Of a stretch of 64,000 nucleotides of DNA, positions 38,501 through 52,287 are shown in pieces. The notes under the pieces are model-generated. The model was not told the origin of the DNA. It saw nothing but the letters and a program-made list of their open reading frames with translations, and ran no database searches. Position numbers and translations under genes: made by a program. Numbering within the stretch: position 1 is the first letter of the stretch; each line of letters begins with the position of its first letter. The DNA is from Octopus vulgaris. Taxonomy: Eukaryota. The stretch is taken from assembly GCA_951406725.2 (NCBI GenBank), contig OX597834.1, positions 18,352,001 to 18,416,000 on the forward strand. Direction: 5' to 3'.

Positions 38501-38705
38501 AAGGCGGCGAGCTAGCACAATCGTTAGCACGCCGGGCAAAATGCTTAGCGACATTTCGTTGGTCATTACGTTCTGAGTTCAAATTCAGCCAACGTCAACT
38601 TTGCCTTTCACCCTTTTGGGGTCCATGAAATAAGTAATAGTTGAGCACTTGAATCGACGTAATTGACTTATACCCCGCCGCGGCCTTTTTCCAAATTTGG
38701 AAACT
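38501..38705 (+). mobile_element. SINE family A (older tail type)
   Basis: AAGGCGGCGAGCT head, B box; decayed TSD AATATAGTG on both sides. Confidence 0.9.
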
Positions 38706-39275
38706 AATATAGTGGTACAAAATGTAGAATGCAGGACTATGAAGTACTTAGTTTCGTATTTATTTTCAACTTCGCTTTTCGTCTTTCCATGGTCGATAAA
38801 ATAAATACCAGATATTAGATTTTATTAGTTGTCTTGAAAATTCTTTAACTTACATCAGAGCAAAAAAAAATTTTTTTTTAATTATCATATTTGAAGTTTA
38901 TTTTCGAATAATGTCTTAGTAAACAATTCATAGAAGTTCATAAGTGTCTTTGTACGCGAATTACTAGGGTCATAGCAAACAGATCGTTATCATTTTGCTG
39001 AAGAGATTAGGGATTATCTTTGTCAACATCTCACAAAAGTGTTGGCTGACGGATAAGGATATCTTGCTAGTCAGGAATCGAACATCTTATGTAGATGGAT
39101 TTATATACGAAATGGTTGACAGGAAATATATACATAGCTCTTTCACGGAAGTTTTCGGTACAAAGATTACAGATTTCCCAAATAATTCCTAAATGTTTTA
39201 ATCGACATTTCACAGATACCTTGATAGACATTTCACAGACGATTTTGCTATGAGTTCACATGTATTTTTTTTTTC

Positions 39276-39414
39276 AGTCGAATGAATCGACCCCAGCACT
39301 TATTTTTTAAAATTCTTTTTTTTTAGCATGGGACTTATTTTATTGGTCTTTTTTGCCGAACCACCAGCACCGGTTGTCAAGTGGTGGTAGGGCTCAAACA
39401 CAGACACAGACACA

Positions 39415-39448
<34 letters not shown>

Positions 39449-39616
39449 AACACACACGATGGGCTTCTTTCGGTTTTCGTTTACCAAATCTACTCACAAG
39501 GCTTTGGTCGGCCCATAGTTATAGTTGAAGACACTTGCCCAAGATTCCTCGCAGTAGGACTGAATCCGGAGTCATGTGGTCGTGAAGCAAGCTTCTTACC
39601 ACACAACCACGCATGC
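39276..39616 (-). mobile_element. SINE family C
   Basis: GAATCGACCCCAG...CGGTTGTCAAG...ACCAAATCTACTCACAAGGCTTTGGTCGGCCC...CTTACCACACAACCAC. Confidence 0.9.
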
Positions 39617-40699
39617 GCTTTGTAAACACGTTGTAGATATCTTTAGACACAACCAAAGGCGGCTCGTAGACAAAATTAGTGGTGGGTGCTGCTTCAGAAA
39701 TGTTTAGCCGTTGTTTTAATATTGTGTAAAAGGAAATAAACATATAAAAAGAATATTTATACCTAAACTTGATCGGTTCGCGTTTTAACCACTGCCGGGT
39801 AATGTGTTTAATTTGTTCACTGAATTCCCCCTTGTTTTTCAATACCCGCGAATTCCCCCTTATTTTTCAAAAAAACCCCTCCCCTCAATCAAAAAATAAG
39901 GGGATGGGTAAGTGTGCCCTATTTTTCAAATCCTGGCAGCAACACTGAAGCTGGAAGCAGGATAATAATCTAATTCTATATTTTATCACATTCAAGAATA
40001 TAAACACGTTTTAAGCACAACACACGGGGAGTCAAAAAGAAACACTACCTTTCACCCGGTACTGTCGTTCACGCAGTGCTCTCTCTCCCTTGTGTGAAGC
40101 TTCCTATCTCGGACATGTGAGCATGTGCACAACAGCCAAACACCGCGTCGCTGGGACGGTGAAGTGCACAGTTCTATACAAGGAGTTTTGTATCTTTTTC
40201 ATAAACTAGGGGATAGCTACTGACATTAAGCTTAAGGATCATATAATGAACAAGTGTAAAGAAAGAATTAAAAAAGAAAGGACTCATTATATTGAATGTT
40301 ATCGATAATATCGAGTGGAAACAGGGGGTGCTACAGTTCCACAGTTCCTATACACGAGCTGCCACCGAACACCACACACAGATATCATCGTCGACAACGT
40401 ACTAGTCTCTATGAAAACAATCCATGAATGTTTACTTGAAAGTTTGACGTTTTAGAAGATAAGTCAGATACGTGTCATTGCGGACAATTCACTGATGTCT
40501 TCGTTGGGAGTTTAAATATCTTAGAAGACACGTCAATTACGTTTTCGAAGACGAATTCCACATAATTTAGAACAGCAGTTCCGAACCTTATGCCATCTCA
40601 AACGTAATGGAAAATCAATAATAATCCACGGCGGCCCTTTTATAAATAATTTATGTCTATGTTTAAAAACTGCCAACTATTTATTATGTAGCGTGTCTG

Positions 40700-40918
40700 G
40701 AAACATGGTGACTACTACGTTGCGTCTATTTATAAACAAGGCCAACCATGAAGTGTGTCTGATAGTAAACAATGTGGTACATTTGTGAACACAGTAGATG
40801 CCATGTGGTGTGTTTATAAACAGAGCACCAGCCATGTGGTGTGTTTATAAACACGGCGCCAACTATGTAATGTCTATAATCAGTGCGGGCTACGTAGAGT
40901 GTTTGTAAACACACCGTG
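40700..40918. repeat. Degenerate about 30-bp minisatellite with palindromic TGTTTATAAACA core
   Basis: GCCATGTGGTGTGTTTATAAACA at 40800 and 40831 plus decayed units on both sides. Confidence 0.7.
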
Positions 40919-41444
40919 AATACAGTGCCATAGACAAAGGTATCAGTGATTAAATGGCAATTGATCGAGTAATTAGCAGATTCTGCTAAGCGTGTTTCTT
41001 TATTGTTGTAATGCAGACATATCGATTATAGATAAATCGATCAATGATATCATTGACATATATATATCAACATTTCGGTTGTTATATACGTGCTTAGATT
41101 GCACGTGCGCGCGGACGTACAAACACAAATACACACATGCACACACACATACACGCACATGCACACACACACACACACACGCACACACACACACACATTC
41201 GCGCACACGCACACACACACATTAAAAAATTTTTAAGGATGTACTCTGCTAAACAGTATTATTACTCTTCAGTTAATGTTAAATTGGTAAAAGTACCATT
41301 GCATCCCTAACTCTTTGTCTACGAAACTTAATAATAAACCCCCATAAAACAGAGAAGAAGGAACTTTTAGATACTATAAGTTTATAGGCATTTCGCCATC
41401 TTTTTAAGTAACACAAATGTTCATTCACCGGAAAAACCATCCTC

Positions 41445-41655
41445 TCTGCTATAGGCACAAGACCTGGAATTTTGGTGGAGAAGGGGCTAGTCGACTACAT
41501 CGACCCCAGAGCCAAACTGCTACTTGTTTCATCGAACTCGAAAGGGTGAAAGGCAAAGTCGACCTCAGCAGAACTGGAACTCAGAACGTAAAGACGGATG
41601 AAATGCTGCTTAGCGTTTTGTCCGGCATGCTAAAGATTCAGTCAGCTCGCTGCTT
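41445..41655 (-). mobile_element. SINE family A (older tail type)
   Basis: GGCACAAG...GTCGACTACATCGACCCCAG...GAAAGGCAAAGTCGACCTC...GAACTCAGAACGTAAAG. Confidence 0.9.
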
Positions 41656-41915
41656 CACACACATACACACAAACAAACAAACACAAATAAGTAAATAAAA
41701 ATAGCAAAATGTTTAATTTTAAAACTCTACAAAGGTAGACCAGTAGATCGAACCGGTTCGATCCATCTGTCCATCCGTAAAGAGTTGCTTGATGTGCAAG
41801 AAATATCAGTCTCAATCTCCCAGATTACATTTAACTTTTTGAAGGAAAGGACACAATGGACAATGTTGTCTCCAATATATATACATATACATATATATAT
41901 ATACATATACATATA

Positions 41916-41961
<46 letters not shown>

Positions 41962-42242
41962 ACAACAAGGTAGTCTGAAATGTCTTTGATCATAATGTGT
42001 TTGTTGAATCAGGTCAGACCTCGATTGAACAACAAAAACAAACAACAACGCTGGTGAGTAAATACATTCCGAAAGGATTGTCAATAAACGGTGGGAAAGA
42101 AAATCCATAGCTGGATAATAATATTTCAAATTCTATTGACAAAATATAAAGATATAGATTAGTGATACAAATGTAGACAAAAAGAAAATGATATTCATTA
42201 GAAAGAAGAACTATGTCAGAAATTGTGAGTGAAAGAGAGTGA

Positions 42243-42305
<63 letters not shown>

Positions 42306-43391
42306 AAAAGGTGAAAAATGAGTATGAAGATGAGAATAAAAGAGTGAAGGAGAATTTGAGAGAAGCGATGTCTCGCCAATACACAGTTTCATTGACGTAT
42401 TTTGGCAGACACTGTTAATCGATAGTTTTTCTAGACATTATTGATTGATTGATAATTACTGAACCACCAAATCCATTCCACCATCACGTCTGTACCAGCA
42501 CTATCAGTACAATCATCCATCCACCACAATCATCCATCCTCCACCAACAACCGCCACCCATCCGTCAGTCACTTACAACCATCATCCATCCGCCATCATT
42601 GATTCCACTCACTGGAATTTTCCGACACAGGCATAAAACTGCTTCTGATTGCGGTAAGGGGTTGGGTGAAATGTCGACAATCATTGGAACTCTTTTGTCA
42701 TGAAAGAAAAATTTTCTATTTGATCTTAAGTTACACTTCAGTGTCACTTAAAAGTCATTGCTCCGTTTTCCTTTTATTCTTTGTCTTGTTATTCAATTTC
42801 TTTTCGTTCCTTTTTTTTTTCTTTTTAGGAGATATTTTGGTATCTCCCCCCTTTTCTCTCATTGATTGGATGACTTTCATTTATATATTTATTTATTTAT
42901 TTATTTGTTATTTTTGAGGGAAAATCCTGAAGAGTTATGCAACAGAAAATTAATGCTGTTAACGTCGAAAATTGCGGTGTACGATGATGACGAAAAGTGC
43001 TATTATCATCTTTTTTTTTCAAAACTTTGTATAGCGCTGCTTATGAAAACTGAAACACAAACAAAAAGTAGTTGGAGAATTAGAGAGAATTTTTTTTCTT
43101 AATAACAATGGTTAACTTAGAAAAATAAACATCCCACACATTCATTCAGCACACCTTTTTTTGGGGGGACTTTCTTTTCTTTTCAATCTGTTTTTCTTAG
43201 TTACTTTCTTTTACATCTTCCTTCTCTTTATATTGGTTTTCCCTTTCGAACTCTTTTACCTTTTATACTTTTTATTCCGTTTCTTTCAATCTTTCCCATC
43301 TTTCTAGCATTGTTTTCTTTCTTTTCGCCCATTTATACATTCCATATATTCATTCATTCTCTGTCTGTTTCTCTTTCTATCCCACCCGCCG

Positions 43392-43579
43392 TACATGCAT
43401 GCATACATACATACATACATGCATATATGCATACATACATACATATATGCATACATACATACATACATACATACATACATACATACATACATACATACAT
43501 ACATGCATACATACACGCATACATACATACATACATACATACATACATACATACATACATACATACATACATACATACA

Positions 43580-43615
<36 letters not shown>

Positions 43616-43853
43616 TACACATACATACATACATACATACATACATACATACATACATACATACATGCATGCATACATACATACATACATACATACATAC
43701 ATACATACATACATACATACATACATACATACATACATACATACATACATACATACATACATACATACATACATACATACATACATACATACATACATAC
43801 ATACATACATGCATGCATACATACATACATACATACATACATACATACATACA

Positions 43854-43887
<34 letters not shown>

Positions 43888-43961
43888 CATACGTACATGC
43901 ATACATACATACATACATACATACATACATACATACATACATACATACATACATACATACA

Positions 43962-43995
<34 letters not shown>

Positions 43996-44232
43996 CATAC
44001 ATACATACATGCATACATACATACATACATACATACATACATGCATGCATACATACATACATACATGCATGCATACATACATACAAACATACATACATGC
44101 ATACATACATAATACATACATACATACATACATACATACATACATACATACATACATACATAATACATACATATATACATACATACATACATACATACAT
44201 ACATACATACATACAAACGTACTACATACATA
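43392..44232. repeat. About 840-bp (CATA)n microsatellite
   Basis: Directly visible. Confidence 0.99.
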
Positions 44233-44588
44233 CAAATGTCTACCAACTTTTTTCGTTCGTTCTCTTTTATTTCCATTCTTTCTTTCCTTATTTTGGTCTT
44301 CCAGTTTTCCTTTTCCTTTTAACCCGAGATTTTCTCCAGTCCTTTCATTTGGTAATTCCTTTATTCTTTATCATTTTCCTCCTCTTTTCTTCCTCTCTGC
44401 TTCTTGCTTTCTCTCTCTGTCAATCTCTCTCTCTCCATACACACAGACACATACAAATACACACACGCACTTACATAAACACGTCCCTTCGCACAGAATT
44501 ACATATTCTATAATATCCTTATACAAGACGCAAGTCATCTGCTTCACCCTTTCATAACGCTCTCATCTTTCTGGTTCTACACTCTCAC

Positions 44589-44619
<31 letters not shown>

Positions 44620-46030
44620 CTATCTGGTTGACTTTTTGCTGTTTCCGATCGTTCCCTTCTCCCTTTCCTACACACTCTCCCATTTCTTTCCAGTTTCATT
44701 GTTTTCTCTCCCCCTCACCTTTTCTCTCTCCCTCTCTTCCTGTCTTACGTCACTGGCTCATTACTCTCCAAATTTGATGGCTCCCTGCACCTTCTCAAGT
44801 TACTGAGGAAGCTATGAAACTGGTACTACATTCATAGACATCAAGAATTTCCCAAGAAGTTAGTCATAATGTACGAACAATTGAATGAATGATATTTTGT
44901 ACAATAGATGCCAGTCAAGTTTTTCAGTTAAATATCAACTCTGAATAACTTATATATACTCAAAAGCGCCTGAGTTTTAAGAGATATTTGCGAAAACACC
45001 TTATATTTAATATTTCTTGGCTTACCTGAAGAATAAGGGCATCGATCAGAACCTTATTTTGAGATGGAAGGAGAGAATCTACGACCCATAGGTTACTGTA
45101 CTAAGAAGCATCTCATCGAGAAATCGTGTTTTCCTCAGACTGGAGTCCGGGTCCAAATGATTGCACTATAGCGAACTCTCCAAAGAGAGAGACAGTTCAG
45201 CCGATGGATTTCCCATAGTTTCCGACTTCTGAATTTCACATAAAAGGGTATTTTCTTCTCAAACCCGAGGCTATAGTAGAAAATAGTTACCCAAGTTGTG
45301 CAACGGTGATCGAACCCCAAAACATATGATTACGAAGCAATTTCCCTAACCACTCAGCTGTGCTTGCACACACTCTTGCTCACATGGATTGCTTTCAATA
45401 TTAGTTGAACGTTTAAAACGACTCAGCTTTTCGATAAATTCATTAGACTGATGTTAACAAGACACTTTCTTGCAAGGACATTAAAGAGATGTCGACAAAG
45501 ATTACTCGTTTCTTGTGAAACTATTAGACAAGGATTTACAAAGAACCCCCACCCCACCATTTTCTTTAGAGTCGTAAGATTCTTGTATTTTTTAAAAATA
45601 ATTACTTAGTCACAGGATGAAGGGTAGCTCCTATGGCCTTTCTAGGCTCTCTCTTCCAGACTAGTGAAATCGATTTGGTTGATGTTCAATTAGAACTTCT
45701 ATAGTTCGACGTCTGCCGGAAGGAGAGGGGATGAAGGATGAGTGGGGGGATTTCAGAGGGTTCTAATCTCTCGAGGGGATGAATGATTGAATGTGTATGT
45801 TTAGCATGGAATCTGGGAAATAAAACACAGTATGGATGAGGAAGGGAGAGACGGATGCATCTGGTGAGCTTGGAGTTGGGGGATATATAGATTGCTAGTT
45901 TAGTAGTGCTAGATCACGTCTCTAGGACAGTCCTGACCATTTTGAATGAAAGCATTAGATAGTGTCTACAAATACTCCCCAATTAGCTTTAGATAGTTTC
46001 AATAGGGAAATCTCTGTGAAAGGACATTTG

Positions 46031-46295
46031 TGCTAATAATAACAATTTCAATGGAAATAATTATGATCCGAATGCTACTATTAATGATTTCAGAGTTAAT
46101 AATGTTATCAATGTTAATAATAATAAGTTCAGTGCTAATAACAGTGATTTCACAACAAAATAATATCGATTTCAATGTTGATAACCATTTCAGTGTTAAT
46201 ACTAATGATTTCTGTGTTAATAATAACAAGTTCAATGTTAAAAAATAATGACCTCGGTGTTAATGATAATGATTTTAGTGTTAATAATAGTGATA
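46031..46295. repeat. Degenerate 21-bp minisatellite, about 13 units
   Basis: Consensus approximately TGTTAATAATAATGATTTCA(G/A). Confidence 0.85.
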
Positions 46296-47349
46296 AAGAA
46301 TTTAAGCCTACATATTATGTCGTTTCTGTGTTATGTCTGTAATTATGACACTTAACTTCTACGGACCGACTCCACCTAACTGTAAGAAGGTACCACACAG
46401 TTGCATAAATTTACGTTGTGATCTGCAAACTCCATATTATTCTAATCGAACTAGCCTATGATCAAAAGCATCCCAGCTATATTTATCTACTCCCTCTCTT
46501 TTCTCCCTCTTTTCTCTCTCCCCTTTTTCTCTTCCCCACTCTCTTCCAGACAAAGTATAGCTAGGTCTTTATCATGCAGTGTCCTAATAGAAAAAAGACA
46601 CTAGAGCGTGATTTGAAGTAGATTTGGTTGCTATTTCTAGGTCGTTCATTCGGTAGTTGATGAGTTAGTCGCAAGAGGAAGCTATCTGCTGTAGATTAAA
46701 TATCTTATCCAAGGGAATTGTATCTCTCATCCACTTAACTCATCAGAATGCGAGACAAACGCTGATCAAAACCGTCGAATTCCTCAGGAGCCAGTAAAGA
46801 ATCATATAACTTTTACACCCTTAGCGCTAAACTCTAAAACTCTTTAATCTTTCTTTTGGATTTCGTTTAAGCAACTCTCTTGTATAAGAAAAGCGAGGGG
46901 GGGATAGAGAGAAAGTGGTGGGGGAGAGGGAAGAGAGCAGCAAAGCAAATTCAATAGGAGGCAAACAAAAGTTAGGAAGAGCGAAAGAGGGGGAAATGAG
47001 ATAACAGAGAGGGAGAGAGAAAAGCTGTGGGTAGAAAAGAGAAAGAAGGGAGAAGAGGAGGGAGAGAAGCTCAGCGAGATAATAGAGAAAGAAAGGGCGG
47101 TATGAGAGAGGTAAATTATGCGTAAAAGTGTAGAGTGCTTGTGAGTACAAGAAAGAATTGGAACAAGCAAGAGGAGACAGGCAGAACAAATTTGGTTAGC
47201 AAACATAATGTAGTGAGTCAAAACATTTTTTAATTAAAATTATTCCCATAACGAGGAGAGGAATCGTTATCTTTAGTGATTAATTCTTCTCAAGAAGGGC
47301 AAGGGAAACAACCCAAACAAAAAAAATAATTGACAATTGATTGGGAATA

Positions 47350-47640
47350 CGGGGAGAGGGGGAGAGAAAGGGAGAGAGAGAGGGGGAGAGAGAGAAAGGG
47401 AGAGAGAAGGGGGAGAGAGAAAGGGAGAGAGAGAGGGATAGAGGGAGAGAAAGGGAAAGAGAGAGGAAGAGAGAGAGGGAGAGAGAGGGAGAGAAAGGGA
47501 AAGAGAGAGGGAGAGAGAGAGGGTGAGAGAGTAAGGGAGAGACAGAAAGGGTGAGAGAGAGAGGGAGAGATAGAAAGGGAGAGAGAGGGGGAGAGAGAGA
47601 GAGGGAGAGAGAGAGAGAGAAAGGTGGGGGAGAGAAATGA
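47350..47640. repeat. Polypurine (GA/GGA) tract
   Basis: Directly visible; further tracts at 47970-48210. Confidence 0.95.
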
Positions 47641-48131
47641 AAATTTAAGAGACAGAAATACAGAAGAGTGGGTGAGGAAAGGAAAATGTGAAACATATAG
47701 GAGAAATGACAGGATCTGGAAAGAATGACGGAAGAACAGGAATATAGACAGACAGAAATTTAGATAAATAATATAGTGTGACAGGTTGGAGTAGGGAAAT
47801 ATGAAAACAAATGAGAAAGTCAAGGAAAAGAATTAGAGCGAGAATTGTCCAAATATATCTAATAGTGAAAGAGAGTGCGATACAGAAAGAATGTGTGTAT
47901 CTATACATGATACAGACTGCTAGACAAATGTAACAATATAATTAACACATCTCTAGTAGATGAGGTACAGAATGAGAGAAAGAGAGGGGGAGAGGGAGGG
48001 AGAGAGGAGGGGGGAGAGAGGGAAGGAGAGAGAATGAGAATAGCGAAGAGGGAGAGAGAGAGAATGAGAAAAATGATAGGAGAGAGAGAATAATATTTAC
48101 GGAGACAGGCTGTCCGAGACAGAAATAGTCG

Positions 48132-48173
<42 letters not shown>

Positions 48174-48529
48174 GAGAGAGAGAAAGAGTCGGAGGGAGGG
48201 AGGGAGAGTAGATAGACAGACGAAGACGCACAAAGACAAGTGGTGAAAAATAGACAGAGGGAAAACACATGTCCGTCTGAAATAGAAAACTATATCAGGA
48301 ATGGGGGAAGAGGGAGAGGGGAAAAAGACCAGAGACTATGAAGGAAAGATATAGACTGATAGACTAGCAGACTGACTGAGAGCAGTTCTTTGATGCATCA
48401 CCTCGTTTGTTACCCTTAACATTTTTTTATCAACACTAAAACAACCATCATCACTTCAAACGCCACCACCACAAGCACGAACTCTTGAACCAACGAGGAA
48501 GAAAGTATGAAGACACTCGACCGCTAAAA

Positions 48530-49240
48530 AAATAAAAATTAAAAACAACCAAATCTTAATCATATCTTACCATGAAAAATGAAAAAAAAAAAAAGGAAAG
48601 TAGAACCCAGCCACACATTGAATTATGAAGTCCAAGATGGATTGTCTTTGATCACAGGTCTTCTTGATCGGACTGACTGAGGGCTAAATAACAACACCAA
48701 CATCTTCAATACATCAGACGTCCAGTGGTCACTCGATCTGTTAAAATCAACAACCAAATATCCTCAAATCACTCCCAACTATTTTAATAGAGATATGACA
48801 CAGGACAACATAGTTCTAAGTAGAAAAAATAAATACTTCTAAAAAGCTTGGATGTCCACGGTTGAAATGCATCTGATTAAGGGTTTACTCAATTAGGACC
48901 GAGAAACACGAGCCAACGAGGGAGCAACTCACTGAAGAGTAAACCAAATCTCCTTTAAACCATACCTCGTTATCTTAAAATGAGGACATACTGTATAATG
49001 TTGTCCTGAATGTAAGAAGTGACTGTCTACCCGTTCAGATCTAACTTAGGGTAAAACAACACCTCTAAACACCTGTATCACCATCATTCTACATTAGCAC
49101 TGCCAAGATCCTGTCAATTATCACAATCAACAACACCAGCACGAACAAGATTCAAGGGAACTGCTAGAAAAGCAGCCAAAACAATCTCAAATGACATCTT
49201 ACTGTCTTAATATTGGAAGGACTCATTGGATAATGTGCTA
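48530..49240 (-). mobile_element. Cluster of ancient repeat family D copies
   Basis: Recurrent CCAAATCTCCCTCAAATCA / GGATAATGT / CTTTGATCA(T/C)AGGTC / GGGCTAAA(C/T)AAC motifs, about 4-5 times here and also near 15.5, 23.7, 27.9, 29.9, 31.5, 41.9, 46.5, 49.6, 51.9, 55.1 and 61 kb. Confidence 0.7.
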
Positions 49241-49246
49241 TATATC

Positions 49247-49597
49247 ACAGGCGTAGGAGTGGCTGTGTGGTAAGTAGCTTGCTTACGAACCACATGGTTC
49301 CGGGTTCAGTCCCACAGCGTGGCTCCTTGAGCAAGCCTTGTGAGTGGATTTGGTAGGCGTGTGTGTATGTGTGTATGTTTATGTGTCTGTGTTTGTCCTC
49401 CCAACATCGCTTGACAACCGAAGCTGGTGTGTTTACGTCCCCGTAACTTAGCGGTTCGGCAAAAGAGAACGATAGAATAAGTACTAGGCTTACAAAGAAT
49501 AAGTCCTGGGGTCGATTTGCTCAACTAAAGGCGGTGCTCCAGCATGGCCACAGTCAAATGACTGAAACAAATTAAAAGTGTAAAAGAGTTAAAAGAG
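49247..49597 (+). mobile_element. SINE family C with TSD (small internal deletions)
   Basis: A box TGGCTGTGTGG, B box GGTTCAGTCCC, AAAAGAGT-type tail repeats; TSD TATATATC at 49239-49246 and 49598-49605. Confidence 0.93.
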
Positions 49598-50487
49598 TAT
49601 ATATCGAATGTCTGAAATAAAAGATGAGATGGTTATGGTTAGAACGCCTTTAATCAATCAAGTTGACCCGTGGCTAAATAACAACTACAAAAAGCATTGT
49701 GTTACAATCTCGAAATCCTGTTCTTATCAAGCAGTTCATGTTTATGAAAACCAACTGATAATAAATAATATAGATTACATCTTGTTTATGATAACATAGT
49801 GATGATGATGGTCGCAGCGGTAGCGGCATTGTTGTTGTTGTTGGTGGTGGTGATGGAGTTTACTGGTGATAATGGTAGTGGCGACGGTGTTAGAGTTGTG
49901 GTGGTATCACTGGGATATATATATGACGACAGTAGTAATGGTATGGAGGTGAAAGAGGTGGACTCATTGCGATGTATGTGACGAAAGTGATAGTTCTGCT
50001 GCTGCTGCTGCTGGTAGTAGTGAACTCACTGCGATGTAAGTTCATGATGATGGTGGTGGTGGTGGTGGTGGTGGTGATGGAGGAGGTATTGGTAGTGATG
50101 ATGAACTCACAAAATGTAACGATGATGGTGGTATTGATGAATTCATTGGAATGTATGTGGCGATGGTACAAGTATTGGAGGTAGTAACGGACTCTGAGAC
50201 ATATGTGATGACGGTGGCAGTGGAGGTGGATCTACTGAAATGCATGCGGTGATGATGATGGTGGTCTCTCTCTAAGTTGTGGCGACAATAGAGAGATGAA
50301 GTTAGTTATGAAAGTTTGTATGTGTGTAGTTGTGAAATGAACGCAGCAATGTACTTTATCTATAAACATTGACAATTTACATAAACACAACGTTATAAAA
50401 TGAACGGTTAGATATTATGTGTCTGGCTTAGTTTGAGAAGAAAAAAGTTCATCAATGCAACAAAACAGCGTTTATTTCAGTGACATA

Positions 50488-50877
50488 GGAGGGAAGCACT
50501 CCGTCGGTTACGACGATGAGGGTTCCGGTTGATCCGAATCAACGGAACAGCCTGCTCGTGAAATTAACGTGTAAGTGGCTGAGCACTCCACAGACACGTG
50601 TACCCTTAACGTAGTTCTCGGGGATATTCAGCGTGACACAGAGAGTGACAAGGCCGGCCCCTTGAAATACAGGTACAACAGAAACAGGAAGTAAGAGTGA
50701 GAGAAAGTTGTGGTGAAAGAGTACAGCAGGGATCACCACCAGCCCCTGCCGGAGCCTCGTGGAGCTTTTAAGGTGTTTTCGCTCAATAAACACTCACAAC
50801 GCCCGGTCTGGGAATCGAAACCGCGATCCTACGACCGCGAGTCCGATGCTCTAACCACTGGGCCATTGCGCCGCCAC
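50488..50877 (-). mobile_element. Full-length SINE family B with 12-bp TSD
   Basis: Near-identical to 18594-18976; TSD TTCAGTGACATA at 50476-50487 and 50878-50889. Confidence 0.96.
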
Positions 50878-51024
50878 TTCAGTGACATAACACTATAGTG
50901 GAATCCAATAGATATACTAAAATATTGGTATTATAATATTGAGAAAAATATGATTACATATCCACTTTAAAAATGTCTATGAAAAGTTTCATAAATATAT
51001 AAAGTGTAATGTATAGTAATTATC

Positions 51025-51232
51025 CTTTCTACTATAGGCACAAGACCTGAAATTTGGGGGGAGGGGGCCAGTCGATTACATCGACCCCAGTGCTCAACTG
51101 ATGCTTATTTCATCGACCCCGAAAGGATGAAAGGCAAAGTCGACCTCGGCGAAATTTGAACTCAGAACCTAAAGACGGGCGAAATGCCGGTAAGCATTTT
51201 TGCTCGGTGTGCTTAACGATTCTGCCAGCTCG
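51025..51232 (-). mobile_element. SINE family A (older tail type)
   Basis: GTCGATTACATCGACCCCAGT...GAAAGGATGAAAGGCAAAGTCGACCTCGGCG...TCTGCCAGCTCG. Confidence 0.92.
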
Positions 51233-51623
51233 ATGAAAAATAAATACGCAAAAAGTAAGAAAGTTAATTTTAAGTATATTTATGATGATGATGATGATAG
51301 TGATGATTTCAAATTCTGGCTCAAGGCCAGGAATATTAGAGTGGGGGGATAAGTCGACTCCAAATTATAGCTTAAGTTTTAAAAAAACAAAAAAAACAAA
51401 AAAAAAAACAAAGCAACCCAAAACTATTCAATTGTATTGCGAATACCCGTCCCTAACATTTTTGACTAAATCCAGTTATCCAATACATAATAGAATACGA
51501 TGTGATATAATCCTTTCTACTGTAGGCACATGGCTTGAAATTTTAGGTGTGGGGTGGGAATAGTTGTTTATATCAACTCCAGTGTTCAGAATACACACAC
51601 ACACACGCACGCACGCACGCGCG

Positions 51624-51688
<65 letters not shown>

Positions 51689-52254
51689 AAAGTTAGTGAC
51701 CACGTGCAGTAAGTGATGCAGATTGGAGTTGCAGGAGGCAGGGTTTGTTCATTTATAGGGTTTACTATTGTTATAGTCGATATCACGTCAACGGCAGTGA
51801 TAACTTTTCGTTTTTTTTTAACGTTTGCTGCTGCTCTGCTGCTGCTGTTATTGTTGTTGTTGTTGCTGCTACTGTTGTTGTTGTTGCTGCTGCGGCTGCT
51901 GGTAATAGTGCTACTGCAGATGTTAAGAGCCCGATCAACCCTTATCAGCCAAACCTATGATCAAAAGCATTCCAGCTGTGATCACTCTATTTTTTTTTTA
52001 GGAGTATGTTTAAGAATACTTTATCCGTAATGTAGGATAGGATTTGAGAGAGATTGGTGGAATAGGCAGAATCGCTAGGAACATTGGTGTATTTAGTTTA
52101 CGTTCAAATCCCGTTGGGGTTGACACTGCGCTCCATCCTTCCGTTGTTGTATTGTTGGTGGTGGTGTGGTCACTGTTTTACTCAGGTCAAAGTTGCAATA
52201 CATCAGTTGAGTTTTTGGAAATACCCAGGCTACTTTTAGTAACATATTGCTGTA

Positions 52255-52257
<3 letters not shown>

Positions 52258-52287
<30 letters not shown>

